Positions 1-9,035 are shown, counted from the stretch's first letter. The stretch is 64,000 nucleotides of DNA from an uncultured Bifidobacterium sp. (GCA_964553795.1 CAZKMR010000010.1:267-64266); one strand, 5' to 3'. Numbers and translations: made by a program. Notes: a model not told the origin generated them from the letters alone.

Positions 1-1436
1 TCACCAGAGGGAGTAGGGCGGACCTCGACACTTTGAATTATTGCAGCCCGGCCCGAAACCGTAAGCACTTGCATCCCGTTCGCGATGGTTACTTCGCTGG
101 AGCTTTCAGCGCGTTTCAAAAGTTCAGCTGCTTTTTCTGAGGAGAGCGTAAGTGTATTGCTGGGCCTTTCATCGTCGTTCTTGAAATCTGCGATTCCAAG
201 CTCAACGGCGGCGGCATCGGTGTATTCGATTACTTTGGAATTAATCCTGATCTGTTGTGAATCTCCAAATCGCTCAATCGTTGACAGGGCAACTGCTCGT
301 CTTCCGTTCGGAATCTTCCACCCTCCTTGCATCAATGTTTGGTTCCAGGGAACACTCATGGCAGTGGTGGCCACAAAGGTTCTGACCGGTGCTGTATTGG
401 AAAGCACGTCGAGAACTCTCGACTGAAAGGCAAGCGCTTCATTTGCCTTGGTGGATAGTTCGGCTGACTCCCTTCGCGATCTTGCCACTTCACCTCGAAG
501 TCTGAGCAGTTCGGTTGAATCATTTTGGCTTTCATTCCGTGCGAGCGGTTGACCGGACTTCCCGGCGTTCTGCGATTCTAACTGCCGGACTTGTTCTTGT
601 AGCGCGGCTTGCTGATTTTGAAGAGTTTGATTTTGTACGCGCAGCCGCGAAACTTGGCGGGCTTCATAAATTCCAACTCCGGCCAGAACGACAACGGTGG
701 CGGTGACGACGGTTTTCTGAAGTGCAGTCATGGCGATGGCTTTGGTGGCGGTGACGGTTGCGGCAGTAGCGAGCGTTGTTCCGGTCAGCGCGGCAGCGGT
801 GGAAATAGTGAGGGCCAAACCCACCGGCGCGGCTTGCACGGCGTTGGCGGAGATGACGACGGCGAGTCCGCTCGCGCCGATGGTGAGGCCGCGTTTGGCA
901 AAGAGTTCGCGCAGGCGCTCCACGGCGCGGCTCACGCGTTTTTGCGCGGCATCGTCGCTGATGCCGAGCGTTGTGCCGACGGTGCGGAGATCGTGGTTCT
1001 TGAAATAGCGGAGGAGCAGGGCATCGCGGTCGGTTTCGTCGAGCTCTGCCATGGCATCGTCGAGGGCGGGGCGGAGTTGTTCCCAGTCGGGAGCGGATTC
1101 GGGTGTGGGATGAACTTGTTCCATGGCCTGCCTTTCGCGTTGGGTGCGGCGGATTTCAGTGCGATTCAGGTCGCGCGCGGCGAACCGCGTGCCGCGATAC
1201 AGCCAGCCGACGAGCGAAGCTTCCGGACTCAGTTTGAAACTGACTTCTCGCGCCTTCCGGGCTAGATCAGTGAAGACGCTTTGGGTCACGTCGCGGGCGA
1301 GATCAGGCGAATTGACCTGACGCAGCGCGGCCGAATAGACGAGGTCTGTGTGGCGCGTGACGATTTCGGCGAAGGCGCTTTCCGTGCCGTGTTCGGCGTA
1401 GGCGCGGAGCAGTTGAGCGTCGGAGCGGTCGTCCAT
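1..1436 (-). CDS. ECF-type sigma-70 family factor fused to a membrane-spanning, coiled-coil C-terminal extension (3' end runs off the left window edge)
   Basis: Absent from the ORF track because it is open to the window edge. My own reverse-strand translation from the ATG at 1436..1434 gives MDDRSDAQLLRAYAEHGTESAFAEIVTRHTDLVYSAALRQV (sigma region 2-like). It continues to DRDALLLRYFKNHDLRTVGTTLGISDDAAQKRVSRAVERLRELF (region 4 HTH), a hydrophobic TALQKTVVTATVVVLAGVGIY segment and a heptad-like RLRVQNQTLQNQQAALQEQVRQLESQ. I saw no stop down to position 3. Confidence 0.8.
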   Translation of the reverse strand, partial: MDDRSDAQLLRAYAEHGTESAFAEIVTRHTDLVYSAALRQVNSPDLARDVTQSVFTDLARKAREVSFKLSPEASLVGWLYRGTRFAARDLNRTEIRRTQRERQAMEQVHPTPESAPDWEQLRPALDDAMAELDETDRDALLLRYFKNHDLRTVGTTLGISDDAAQKRVSRAVERLRELFAKRGLTIGASGLAVVISANAVQAAPVGLALTISTAAALTGTTLATAATVTATKAIAMTALQKTVVTATVVVLAGVGIYEARQVSRLRVQNQTLQNQQAALQEQVRQLESQNAGKSGQPLARNESQNDSTELLRLRGEVARSRRESAELSTKANEALAFQSRVLDVLSNTAPVRTFVATTAMSVPWNQTLMQGGWKIPNGRRAVALSTIERFGDSQQIRINSKVIEYTDAAAVELGIADFKNDDERPSNTLTLSSEKAAELLKRAESSSEVTIANGMQVLTVSGRAAIIQSVEVRPTPSG

Positions 1437-1485
1437 TCACCTATTAAACAGCCGCCCTTCAAAAAATCCGACAAACATTTTTTAA

Positions 1486-1730
1486 CCACGGATGGACACG
1501 GATTTACACGGATGGGGAACGGTAGTGGATGATGCATTTGGTCACAGCCGATTTTGGACTGCGCCAGCAGAGCGCAGCGGCGACGGCGCTTTCGGATGGA
1601 GCAACCGGTCAAAGGGAAAGGATGAGTTGCAATGGTGCAGAAAGCGGTGTGGTGCTTCGCTTCCCACCGCAGTCCAAGACGCAACCGGTTCGCCGGGACT
1701 TTATCTGTGTTCATCCGTGTCCATCCGTGG
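1486..1730. repeat. Nested palindromic MITE/REP-like intergenic element
   Basis: Perfect 18-bp terminal inverted repeat CCACGGATGGACACGGAT (1486-1503) / ATCCGTGTCCATCCGTGG (1713-1730), extendable to about 28 bp imperfect and built of tandem 9-10-mers (CACGGATGG ACACGGATTT ACACGGATGG). It encloses a 128-bp inner palindromic unit (1552-1679) with arms TTTTGGACTGCGCCAGCAGAGCGCAGCGGCGACGGCGCTTTCG and GAAAGCGGTGTGGTGCTTCGCTTCCCACCGCAGTCCAAGA. A second copy of the inner unit lies at 10298-10426. Confidence 0.75.
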
Positions 1731-1779
1731 TTGAATCAGTCTGGTTTTGGTGCGGCACTGACCGTAAGCTGCGCGCGTC

Positions 1780-2700
1780 ATGTATCGCGTCAAAGTCGGT
1801 TGTCAGCTTAGTTACGCCACGGCGGCAGTCACGCCCGCGGTATTCATTGTGCAACCGCCGCCGCACACGCGGCACATGCTGGCGAGCGAGGAACTCCAAC
1901 TGGTCACCGCCACGCCGGCCGACGATTTCGTGGACAACTACGGCAATCGCTGCAAACGCATTCTGCTCGCGCCGGGCGATAACGTGATTCGCTACGACGC
2001 GACGGTGACGGTGTCGCCGGAGGCTGATGCGATGCGTCCGAACGCGCGGCAAATTCCGCCGCAGGAATTGCCGCCGCACTTGCTGCGGTACACGTTGCCG
2101 AGTCGTTATGCGGAGACAGATGAGTTGTTAAATTTCGCGTGGGAGAACTTCGGCAAAGTTCCGGCCGGTTGGGAGCGGGCGAAGGCGATCTGCGATTGGG
2201 TGCATAAACATATCGAGTATCAACTCGGCTCCAGTTTTCCCGATTGGTCGGCGGCGGACACGATCTTGCGGCGCAAAGGCGTGTGTCGCGACATGGCGCA
2301 TGTGGTGATTGCGCTATGTCGGGCATTCAACATGCCGGCGCGCTATTCGGTGGCATATCTGCCGGACATTGAAGTGCCGGAGGACGGGTTGCCGATGGAT
2401 TTTCATGCGTATGCCGAGGTTTGGCTGGAAGGCGGCTGGCAGGTGTTCGATCCGCACGACAACATTCCGCGTAAGGGTCGCATCTTTATCGCGAGCGGAT
2501 TGGATGCGACGGACACGGCCTTTGCAACGATTTATGGCGCGGCGCGACTGACGAAGTTTCAGGTGTGGGCCGATCCGGTGAATGAGCGCGGCGAGAGGTT
2601 GAAGTTGGCCACGCCCAGGAAAGAAGTGGCAGCGCCCAACGTGGTGCAGTTGCAATTGGATCAGCCGATTGAACCGCGGCGCACGGAGATTACGTTGTGA
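1780..2700 (+). CDS. Transglutaminase-like cysteine protease family protein
   Basis: 306-aa ORF. Transglutaminase-core signature GVCRDMAHVVIALCRAFNMPARYSVAYL ... FHAYAEVWLEGGWQVFDP (Cys/His/Asp triad context). The N-terminus MYRVKVGCQLSY resembles the Bact_transglu_N start. Confidence 0.85.
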   Translation: MYRVKVGCQLSYATAAVTPAVFIVQPPPHTRHMLASEELQLVTATPADDFVDNYGNRCKRILLAPGDNVIRYDATVTVSPEADAMRPNARQIPPQELPPHLLRYTLPSRYAETDELLNFAWENFGKVPAGWERAKAICDWVHKHIEYQLGSSFPDWSAADTILRRKGVCRDMAHVVIALCRAFNMPARYSVAYLPDIEVPEDGLPMDFHAYAEVWLEGGWQVFDPHDNIPRKGRIFIASGLDATDTAFATIYGAARLTKFQVWADPVNERGERLKLATPRKEVAAPNVVQLQLDQPIEPRRTEITL

Positions 2701-2736
2701 CGTTGGGACTCAAGAGGGGTGATTTCAGCTTGAAGG

Positions 2737-3588
2737 ATGCGCGGTATGAACGAGCCGAAAGGTCGCAGGAGAAATAGAATGGTGTCGTTTCTGACAACCG
2801 CGGTGTGTGTTTATGTGTTGCTGTTGATCGGCGGCTGTGTGTGGCAGAGAAGTTTGTTGTATTTCCCGACGAGATTCAGTCTTGAACAGGCGGAAATGCT
2901 CGCGCCGCAAACCGGCATGGCGGCCTGGAAAAATTCCTCGGGCGAAGTCATCGGCTGGAAGATTCCCGCGAGTGGCGCGGCCACGGGAAGTGTGTTGATC
3001 GTTCATGGCAACGCGGGTTGCGCGTTGCAGCGGGGTTATTTCGCGCAGCCGATTCATCAGGCCAGCGATCTGGATGTGTATGTGATGGAATATCCCGGCT
3101 ACGGCGCGCGTGACGGCACGCCGACGATGACGAGTTGGCTGGCGGCAGGAGAGGAAGCGTTTGCGTTGTTGCCGGAGGATCGCGCGATTTACCTCGTGAG
3201 CGAGTCGCTCGGCGCGGGCGTTGCGGCGCATTTGGCAAAACAGCATCCGCGCGAAGTTTCTGGTCTGGTGATGTTCGTGCCGTACGACAGTCTGGCGTCA
3301 TTGGCGCAGAGCAAAATGCCGTGGCTGTTTCCCTATTTCTTCCTGCGCGATCGTTACGAGCCGGCGGAGTGGCTGAGTGATTATCGCGGACCGCTCAAGG
3401 TTGTGGTGGCCGAATGGGATGAGATCATTCCGCCCAAGTTCGGCCAACGTTTGCACAACTCGTATGCCGGCCCGAAATCTTTGGAAATCATCCGGGGGGC
3501 GAACCACAACGACGTCGCCGCACAATCGCCGGAATGGTGGCGGGAGGTGTTGGAGTTCTGGCAGCAGGAGGCGGGTAACGAAAAGTAA
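2737..3588 (+). CDS. Alpha/beta hydrolase, membrane-anchored
   Basis: 283-aa ORF. N-terminal TM helix MVSFLTTAVCVYVLLLIGGCVW, an HGNAG oxyanion-type motif, a nucleophile elbow SESLGAG (GxSxG-like) and a C-terminal GANHND His region. The start may instead be the Met at 2779. Confidence 0.8.
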   Translation: MRGMNEPKGRRRNRMVSFLTTAVCVYVLLLIGGCVWQRSLLYFPTRFSLEQAEMLAPQTGMAAWKNSSGEVIGWKIPASGAATGSVLIVHGNAGCALQRGYFAQPIHQASDLDVYVMEYPGYGARDGTPTMTSWLAAGEEAFALLPEDRAIYLVSESLGAGVAAHLAKQHPREVSGLVMFVPYDSLASLAQSKMPWLFPYFFLRDRYEPAEWLSDYRGPLKVVVAEWDEIIPPKFGQRLHNSYAGPKSLEIIRGANHNDVAAQSPEWWREVLEFWQQEAGNEK

Positions 3589-3740
3589 ATTTAGTGCCTG
3601 TTTGTTGATCAGACATCACTGATTGCCGACTCGCGTCGCGCGTTGTTCGCACGGGAATTTCTTTCCTCGCTTCAATCCTGCATTTATGGCTTCCTGTGCG
3701 CCGCTCGGAGTAGTTCCCAGCGATACTGTTTACAAAAATT

Positions 3741-4943
3741 ATGGAATCATTGCCTACTGTTATCTTAAAACCCGGCGAAGCGGATCGCGTCGTGGCGGGT
3801 CATCCCTGGGTTTATCACGGTTCAATTCTGCGGATGACCGCGCAAGCGGGCGACGGCGAACTCGTGCAGGTCAAAGATCATCGCCAACGCCTGCTCGGCT
3901 GCGGCTTTTACAATTCCAAATCCAAGATCAACGTGCGCGTGCTCGCGCCGGAACGCATCGAGGTGGACCAAAAGTTTTTCGACGAACGCATCGCCGCCGC
4001 GCTCGCAGTGCGGAAACGGCATTTGCCGAACGCGACCTCGTTTCGCGTGGTGAATGCGGAGAGCGATTTTCTGACGGGCCTGATCATTGATAAATACGAG
4101 GACGTGATCGTGATTCAGATTTCCGCGCTCGGCATGGAGAAGCGGAAGGAGAAAATTGTGGCCGCGGTGCAAAAGCTGTTTTCGCCACGCGCCATCCTGG
4201 AGCGGAGCGATGTGGCGTCACGCAAGTTCGAAGGTTTAGAGGAGGCGAATGGAGTCATCGCCGGCGAATTTAGCGGCACGGTAGCGGTGAATCTGAACGG
4301 CCTCAAATTTGAGACCGACATTCTCGGCGGACACAAGACGGGCATGTATCTGGATCAACAGACGAGTTATGAGGCGGTGGCGCAGGTCGCGAAGGGCGCG
4401 AGTGTGCTTGATTGCTTCAGCTTTCTGGGCGGATTCGGATTGCACGCGGCCCGCGCGGGCGCGAAGCAGGTGTTGATGTTGGATCAGAGTGCGGACGCGG
4501 TGAAAGCGTCCTTGCGCAACGCGGAGTTGAACGGTCTGAGGAAAAACGTGAGCGCGGAGGCGATGAATGTCTTCGATTGGCTCAAAGCCAACACCGCGGT
4601 GAAGCCGCATGAACGCGTCATTCCGCGTTTCGATCTGATTGTGCTCGATCCGCCGTCGTTCACGCGGAATCGCGCGTCGGTGGGCGACGCGCTGCGCGGC
4701 TACAAGGAAATCCACATTCGCGCGCTCAAGTTGCTGAAGCCGGGCGGCACGCTGGCGACGTTCTGTTGTTCGCATCACGTGGACGCGGTGACATTTCAGG
4801 ACGTGATTCTGTCGGCGGCATTCGACACGCGGCGGATTCTGCGTCGCGTCGCGACTTATGCGCAATCGCCGGATCATCCGATCATCCCCATGATTCCCGA
4901 GACAGAATATCTGAAGGGATTTGCGTTTGAGTTGGTGCGGTGA
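3741..4943 (+). CDS. rlmI: 23S rRNA (cytosine-C5) SAM-dependent methyltransferase, RlmI/YccW family
   Basis: 400 aa. PUA-like N-terminus LKPGEADRVVAGHPWVYHGSI, a SAM-binding region VLDCFSFLGGFGLHAA, and DLIVLDPPSF plus FCCSHH motifs typical of RlmI. Confidence 0.85.
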   Translation: MESLPTVILKPGEADRVVAGHPWVYHGSILRMTAQAGDGELVQVKDHRQRLLGCGFYNSKSKINVRVLAPERIEVDQKFFDERIAAALAVRKRHLPNATSFRVVNAESDFLTGLIIDKYEDVIVIQISALGMEKRKEKIVAAVQKLFSPRAILERSDVASRKFEGLEEANGVIAGEFSGTVAVNLNGLKFETDILGGHKTGMYLDQQTSYEAVAQVAKGASVLDCFSFLGGFGLHAARAGAKQVLMLDQSADAVKASLRNAELNGLRKNVSAEAMNVFDWLKANTAVKPHERVIPRFDLIVLDPPSFTRNRASVGDALRGYKEIHIRALKLLKPGGTLATFCCSHHVDAVTFQDVILSAAFDTRRILRRVATYAQSPDHPIIPMIPETEYLKGFAFELVR

Positions 4944-4968
4944 AGGCCGGATTTCCCGAAGTCATACA

Positions 4969-6369
4969 ATGAATCTGATCGAGTCATTGGAGCGAACCGC
5001 GGCGCGAGTGCCGCAAAAGGCGGCGTTAATCGAGGACGCCACGACGGTGACGTATGCGGAACTCTTGCAGCGGGTGAACAGTTTTGCGGATGGATTGCGG
5101 GCGCAACAGGTTTCGTCCGGGCAACGCATCGGGTTGGCGTTTCCGAATGGCGTGGCCTACGTGGCGCTGACGTATGCGTTGTGGCGTTGCGGCGTGGTGG
5201 TCGTGCCCGTGCCGACGGAATGTTCCGAAGACGAAATTCAGGAAATCATCGCCGCGATGCAGTTGCAGGGCATCGTGACGCCCAAGCCGCGCGGCGACAG
5301 CGTGTCGCTTGCGCCGGATGTTTTCTTCACGCGCCTCCAACCAACTGCTCCGCCCGATAATCACGGGCTTAATCTCGCGTTCATCCGGTTCACGTCCGGC
5401 ACAACGAGCGCGCGCAAGGGCGTGGCGTTGTCGCACGAAACGATTCGCGATCGCGTCGCTTCCGCAAATAAAGCGTTCGGCATCACGGCAGACGACACCA
5501 TCATCTGGTGTCTGCCGATGGCGCATCATTTTCTCATCACCATCGTGCTCTACATCGAAGTCGGCGCGACGATTGTGCTCGCACGGCACGTGACGGCGAA
5601 ACCGTTTCTCGAGGCGGTGAATCGCTGGAACGGCACGGTGCTTTACGCGGCGCCGTTTCATTACTCGATGTTGGCGCGGGACAATTCCGGCGCGCAAATT
5701 CCCTCGGTGCGATTGGCGGTTTCGACCACGTGCGCTTTGCCCGAGAACGTGGCGCAGGATTTTCTGAAACGCTTCAATCTCCCGCTTGTGCAGGCGTTGG
5801 GCGTGATTGAACTTGGCTTAGTCGCATTGAACACCGGCGATCCGCGCGGGCGTTGGAATTCTGTTGGGCGCGCGGCGGGCGACTTTGAGTTGCGCATTGA
5901 GAAGCCGGATGCGGAAGGATGCGGCGAATTGGCCGTGCGCGGGCCAGGAATTTGCGATGCGTATGTCGCGCCGTGGGTAGCGCGCGAACAGATTTTGCGC
6001 GATGGCTGGTTCTTCACCGGCGACATCGGGCGCTTCGATGCGGACGGATTTTTGCATCTGCTCTCACGCAAGACGGCAGTGATCAATCTGGCCGGGCGCA
6101 AAGTTTTCCCCGAGGAAATTGAAAGCGTGTTGAATCAACATCCCGATGTCCGCGAGTCGCGCGTGTTCGGCACGACACATCCGCACCTCGGCGAAGTGGT
6201 GGAAGCCGAATTGGTGATGGCGCAACCGGACGCGAAGTTGGATTCCGTGCGCGCGTATTGCCGCGATCACCTGGCGTCCTACAAAATTCCGATGCGCTTT
6301 CACATCGTCGCCGCCTTGCCTCGCACGCCGGTTACCGGCAAAATCCGCCGCGCCGCTCCGGTGGCTTGA
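4969..6369 (+). CDS. Acyl-AMP/acyl-CoA ligase (class I adenylate-forming enzyme)
   Basis: In frame with track ORF 4921..6369. Likely start is MNLIESLERTAARVPQKAALI. AMP-binding core FTSGTTSARKGVALSHE, then a later GWFFTGDIGRFDADGFLHLLSRK motif and a C-terminal PRTPVTGKIRR. The ACP gene starts 6 nt downstream. Confidence 0.85.
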   Translation: MNLIESLERTAARVPQKAALIEDATTVTYAELLQRVNSFADGLRAQQVSSGQRIGLAFPNGVAYVALTYALWRCGVVVVPVPTECSEDEIQEIIAAMQLQGIVTPKPRGDSVSLAPDVFFTRLQPTAPPDNHGLNLAFIRFTSGTTSARKGVALSHETIRDRVASANKAFGITADDTIIWCLPMAHHFLITIVLYIEVGATIVLARHVTAKPFLEAVNRWNGTVLYAAPFHYSMLARDNSGAQIPSVRLAVSTTCALPENVAQDFLKRFNLPLVQALGVIELGLVALNTGDPRGRWNSVGRAAGDFELRIEKPDAEGCGELAVRGPGICDAYVAPWVAREQILRDGWFFTGDIGRFDADGFLHLLSRKTAVINLAGRKVFPEEIESVLNQHPDVRESRVFGTTHPHLGEVVEAELVMAQPDAKLDSVRAYCRDHLASYKIPMRFHIVAALPRTPVTGKIRRAAPVA

Positions 6370-6374
6370 AACGA

Positions 6375-6629
6375 ATGATTGCCGCAGCCGAAATTGAAAC
6401 GAAACTCATCGACTTCCTGAAACGCGAAGTGTTCGCGCCGGATGTCGCCGTCACGCCTGAAACCGATCTCGTCGCGGCGGGATTTGATTCCATGTCGCTC
6501 GTGCGGATGTTGGTCTTCATCGAAACCGACTACGGTTTTTGGATTCCCGAGAGCGAAATCACCGGCGATGCGCTGCAGAACGTTCGCACGCTCGCCGAGA
6601 CCATCGCGCGGTTGCTCAATGCCCGCTGA
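6375..6629 (+). CDS. Acyl carrier protein
   Basis: 84 aa, from the internal Met of track ORF 6258..6629. Phosphopantetheine attachment motif GFDSMSLV in a typical ACP helix II context. Confidence 0.85.
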   Translation: MIAAAEIETKLIDFLKREVFAPDVAVTPETDLVAAGFDSMSLVRMLVFIETDYGFWIPESEITGDALQNVRTLAETIARLLNAR

Positions 6630-7890
6630 CCTGCCACTGAACGGCTGCGATTACCTGATGCTGGGGTTTGATTACGAACTCCGTCGCAACGGTTACGCCG
6701 GAAATTCCTGCCAGATCATCCTCGAACTGGATCGCGTTATCGCTGCCGAGGCATTGCGCCAGCGGCTGGAAATGCTGGTGCAACGACATCCCAATTTACG
6801 TGCGCGGCCTGGGGGATTGTTCAAGACGAAGTGGAGACCGTTGCTGGCGGAGAGCGGGTTTCCCCGCGTCCGCGTTCACAAAAAGAACTTGGTTCACCTC
6901 GATCAACTTTGCGATCAACCGCTCGACGTGCGAAATGGCGAACTGTTCCGCTTCGATTTGATTGAAAAGGCGAACGGCGGAATGGACGTTGTGTTTACCT
7001 GGACGCACGCGTTGATGGACGCGCCGAGCGCGGAACATTTTCTCGCGGTCGTGGGGCGGGAGGATGTTGCGGTGCCGGCAGTCACACCGCCCGCACCAAG
7101 ACCAAAGAAGCCACTGAAGGAACGACTGCTGTTGGCACGCAAAAACGTCGAGCAGTTGACGGAGTTTTGCAAAGCCGCGCCACGCACGGTGGGCGTGCGA
7201 TTTCCGAATGCGCCGCGAACTCAGCGCTATCACATCGAAAAGTTTTCCGCCGAAGAAACGGCCCGCGTGCGCGCGAACGGTGTGAAGCTCTGCGGCGCAT
7301 TGGGTGATGCGCAATTTCACGCGGCGGTGGCGGTGATGGAATTGCATCGCTTGCATGAACGCGTCGGAAAACCGTCGCCGAGTTATGTGTTGCCCGTGCC
7401 GGTGAGCTTTCGGCCTAAAGGCACGGTCGAGCCGCTATTCAGCAATCAGGTGGCGATGCTGATGGTGCAATTTTTGCCCGAGCAACTTGCGACGACGAGC
7501 GCGGCGGTCGCCGTGCTCAAGACGCAACTGGCGCAGGCGTTGCGCGAGCGGCGTATTGAAGCCGGCGTGGCGATCACGGAACTGTCGCGCGGCATGCCTT
7601 TCCCGCTATATCTCTACGTGCTGAAGCATCATGGGTTGAAGGGTGAGATTTGCTCGTTCTTTTACGGCGACACCGCAAATGTCACGCCGCTGCTCAACAG
7701 CTTTTGTGGTGCGACGATTACCGACTTCGCGCATGTCGGCGCGACCACGCCATCGCCGGGCATTGGCGCGATCTTTTATTACTTCGCTGGCAAAATGCGC
7801 GTCACGGTTTTTCATTTGGAGACGCATTTCTCTCGTCACGAAGCAGCAGAATTCGCCTCGAATCTGCGGAAACGATTACTCGAACCGTGA
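6619..7890 (+). CDS. Condensation-domain-like acyltransferase (HxxxD family), paralog 1
   Basis: 423 aa from the internal ATG at 6619, which overlaps the ACP stop. FTWTHALMDAPSAEHF contains an HxxxD motif like those of NRPS C-domains, PapA5 and WS/DGAT. Full-length paralog of 14547..15818, with the same length. Confidence 0.7.
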   Translation: MPADLPLNGCDYLMLGFDYELRRNGYAGNSCQIILELDRVIAAEALRQRLEMLVQRHPNLRARPGGLFKTKWRPLLAESGFPRVRVHKKNLVHLDQLCDQPLDVRNGELFRFDLIEKANGGMDVVFTWTHALMDAPSAEHFLAVVGREDVAVPAVTPPAPRPKKPLKERLLLARKNVEQLTEFCKAAPRTVGVRFPNAPRTQRYHIEKFSAEETARVRANGVKLCGALGDAQFHAAVAVMELHRLHERVGKPSPSYVLPVPVSFRPKGTVEPLFSNQVAMLMVQFLPEQLATTSAAVAVLKTQLAQALRERRIEAGVAITELSRGMPFPLYLYVLKHHGLKGEICSFFYGDTANVTPLLNSFCGATITDFAHVGATTPSPGIGAIFYYFAGKMRVTVFHLETHFSRHEAAEFASNLRKRLLEP

Positions 7891-9035
7891 AATCGCACGT
7901 GGACATCGCGGTGGTCGGTGCGGGAGCGGCGGGAATCGCGGCAGCGGTGAGCGCGGCGCGTGCGGGGGCAAAGACGTTGCTGTTGGATGCGCGGTCGGCA
8001 GCAGGCGGCACGGGAGGCTTCAGCGGGTTGACGACGTTGTGTGGGTTGTACGATGACGCGGGGAATCTTTTGAATGACGGTTTTTCGCGGGAATTTGCCG
8101 AAGCGATTGCGGAGCGCCGGCCTCCGGCACGGCTCGATTCTAAGTCCGAGCCCCAACGCGCCGGGCCGGAGGCCGGCGCTCCGATCAGAATGGGCCGCGT
8201 CTGGGTGTTGCCGTATCGTCCGGAGAAATTTTGCGAAGTGGCAGCGCAGTTGATTTCAGCAACGGCGAATCTGACAACGCAATGGAGCACGCCGCTGGCG
8301 AATGTTCATTTGGAATCCGGTCGCATATCGCAACTCAATGATGTTTCGGTCGGTGCGGTGATTGATTGCAGCGGCACGGCCGAAGTAGCGCAGGCCGTCG
8401 GCGCGGAAACCCTGGCAACTGACGAATCAACTCAAGCATCTGCGGTCATCTTCACACTGCGCAATGTGCAGAAGCCGCTCGCGACCCCAGCGGACATGGC
8501 GCAAGTGTTGTTGCCGCTGGCGCGCGCAGGATTTCCAACGCTCAATCTTCAAGCCGGCATCGCCCCGGGAGAATTCACCGCGAAGTTCGCGGGAACTCCG
8601 GCGCAAGTGCCGGAGCTGATTTCTTTCTTGCGAGCAAATGTTGCCGGTTTTGAACAATGCGAAACGCCGCAGCGGGAATTCACCATCGCGCGCCGCGCCG
8701 GCAGGATGATTATTGGTCAATGTATCCTGACCGGCGCAGACGTTTTGGCGGGGCGAAAGTTTCCTGATGCGGTGGCGCGATGCGCCTGGCCCATCGAGCA
8801 ATGGGACAGCAAAGGTGTCGCGCGCTTCAAATATCTTCCGGCGGGGGCGCACTATGAAATTCCAGCGCGTTCGCTGCGCGCGGCGCGAGTGGAGAATTTG
8901 TTCATGGCCGGCAAAACCATCAGCGCGGACGTGGACGCGATTGCCAGCGCGCGGGTGATGGGCTGTTGTCTCGCCACTGGTGCGGCGGCTGGAGTTCTGG
9001 CGGCGGACTACGTAAACTCGGGCCGAACCAAGTGA
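7887..9035 (+). CDS. FAD-dependent oxidoreductase
   Basis: The GTG at 7887 overlaps the upstream stop (GTGA). Rossmann motif DIAVVGAGAAGIAAAVSAARAGAKTLLLD. C-terminal FMAGKTISADVDAIASARVMGCCLATGAAAG is typical of the FAD_oxidored-type family. Confidence 0.75.
   Translation: MKSHVDIAVVGAGAAGIAAAVSAARAGAKTLLLDARSAAGGTGGFSGLTTLCGLYDDAGNLLNDGFSREFAEAIAERRPPARLDSKSEPQRAGPEAGAPIRMGRVWVLPYRPEKFCEVAAQLISATANLTTQWSTPLANVHLESGRISQLNDVSVGAVIDCSGTAEVAQAVGAETLATDESTQASAVIFTLRNVQKPLATPADMAQVLLPLARAGFPTLNLQAGIAPGEFTAKFAGTPAQVPELISFLRANVAGFEQCETPQREFTIARRAGRMIIGQCILTGADVLAGRKFPDAVARCAWPIEQWDSKGVARFKYLPAGAHYEIPARSLRAARVENLFMAGKTISADVDAIASARVMGCCLATGAAAGVLAADYVNSGRTK
8111..8182. repeat. 72-bp perfect-armed palindromic element embedded in frame inside the FAD oxidoreductase CDS
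   Basis: GGAGCGCCGGCCTCCGG (8111-8127) is the exact reverse complement of CCGGAGGCCGGCGCTCC (8166-8182). There is an inner GGCTCG...CGAGCC stem. The right arm plus flank (GGCGCTCCGATCAG) matches the intergenic GGAGATCGGCGCTCCGAT family at 11552-11750 and 15916-15948. Confidence 0.7.

Noticed and set aside
85-1265. Plus-strand ORFs at 85..426, 609..1265 and 730..1008
   Set aside because: They are antisense to the edge-truncated ECF sigma gene, whose translation shows clear region 2 and region 4 motifs.
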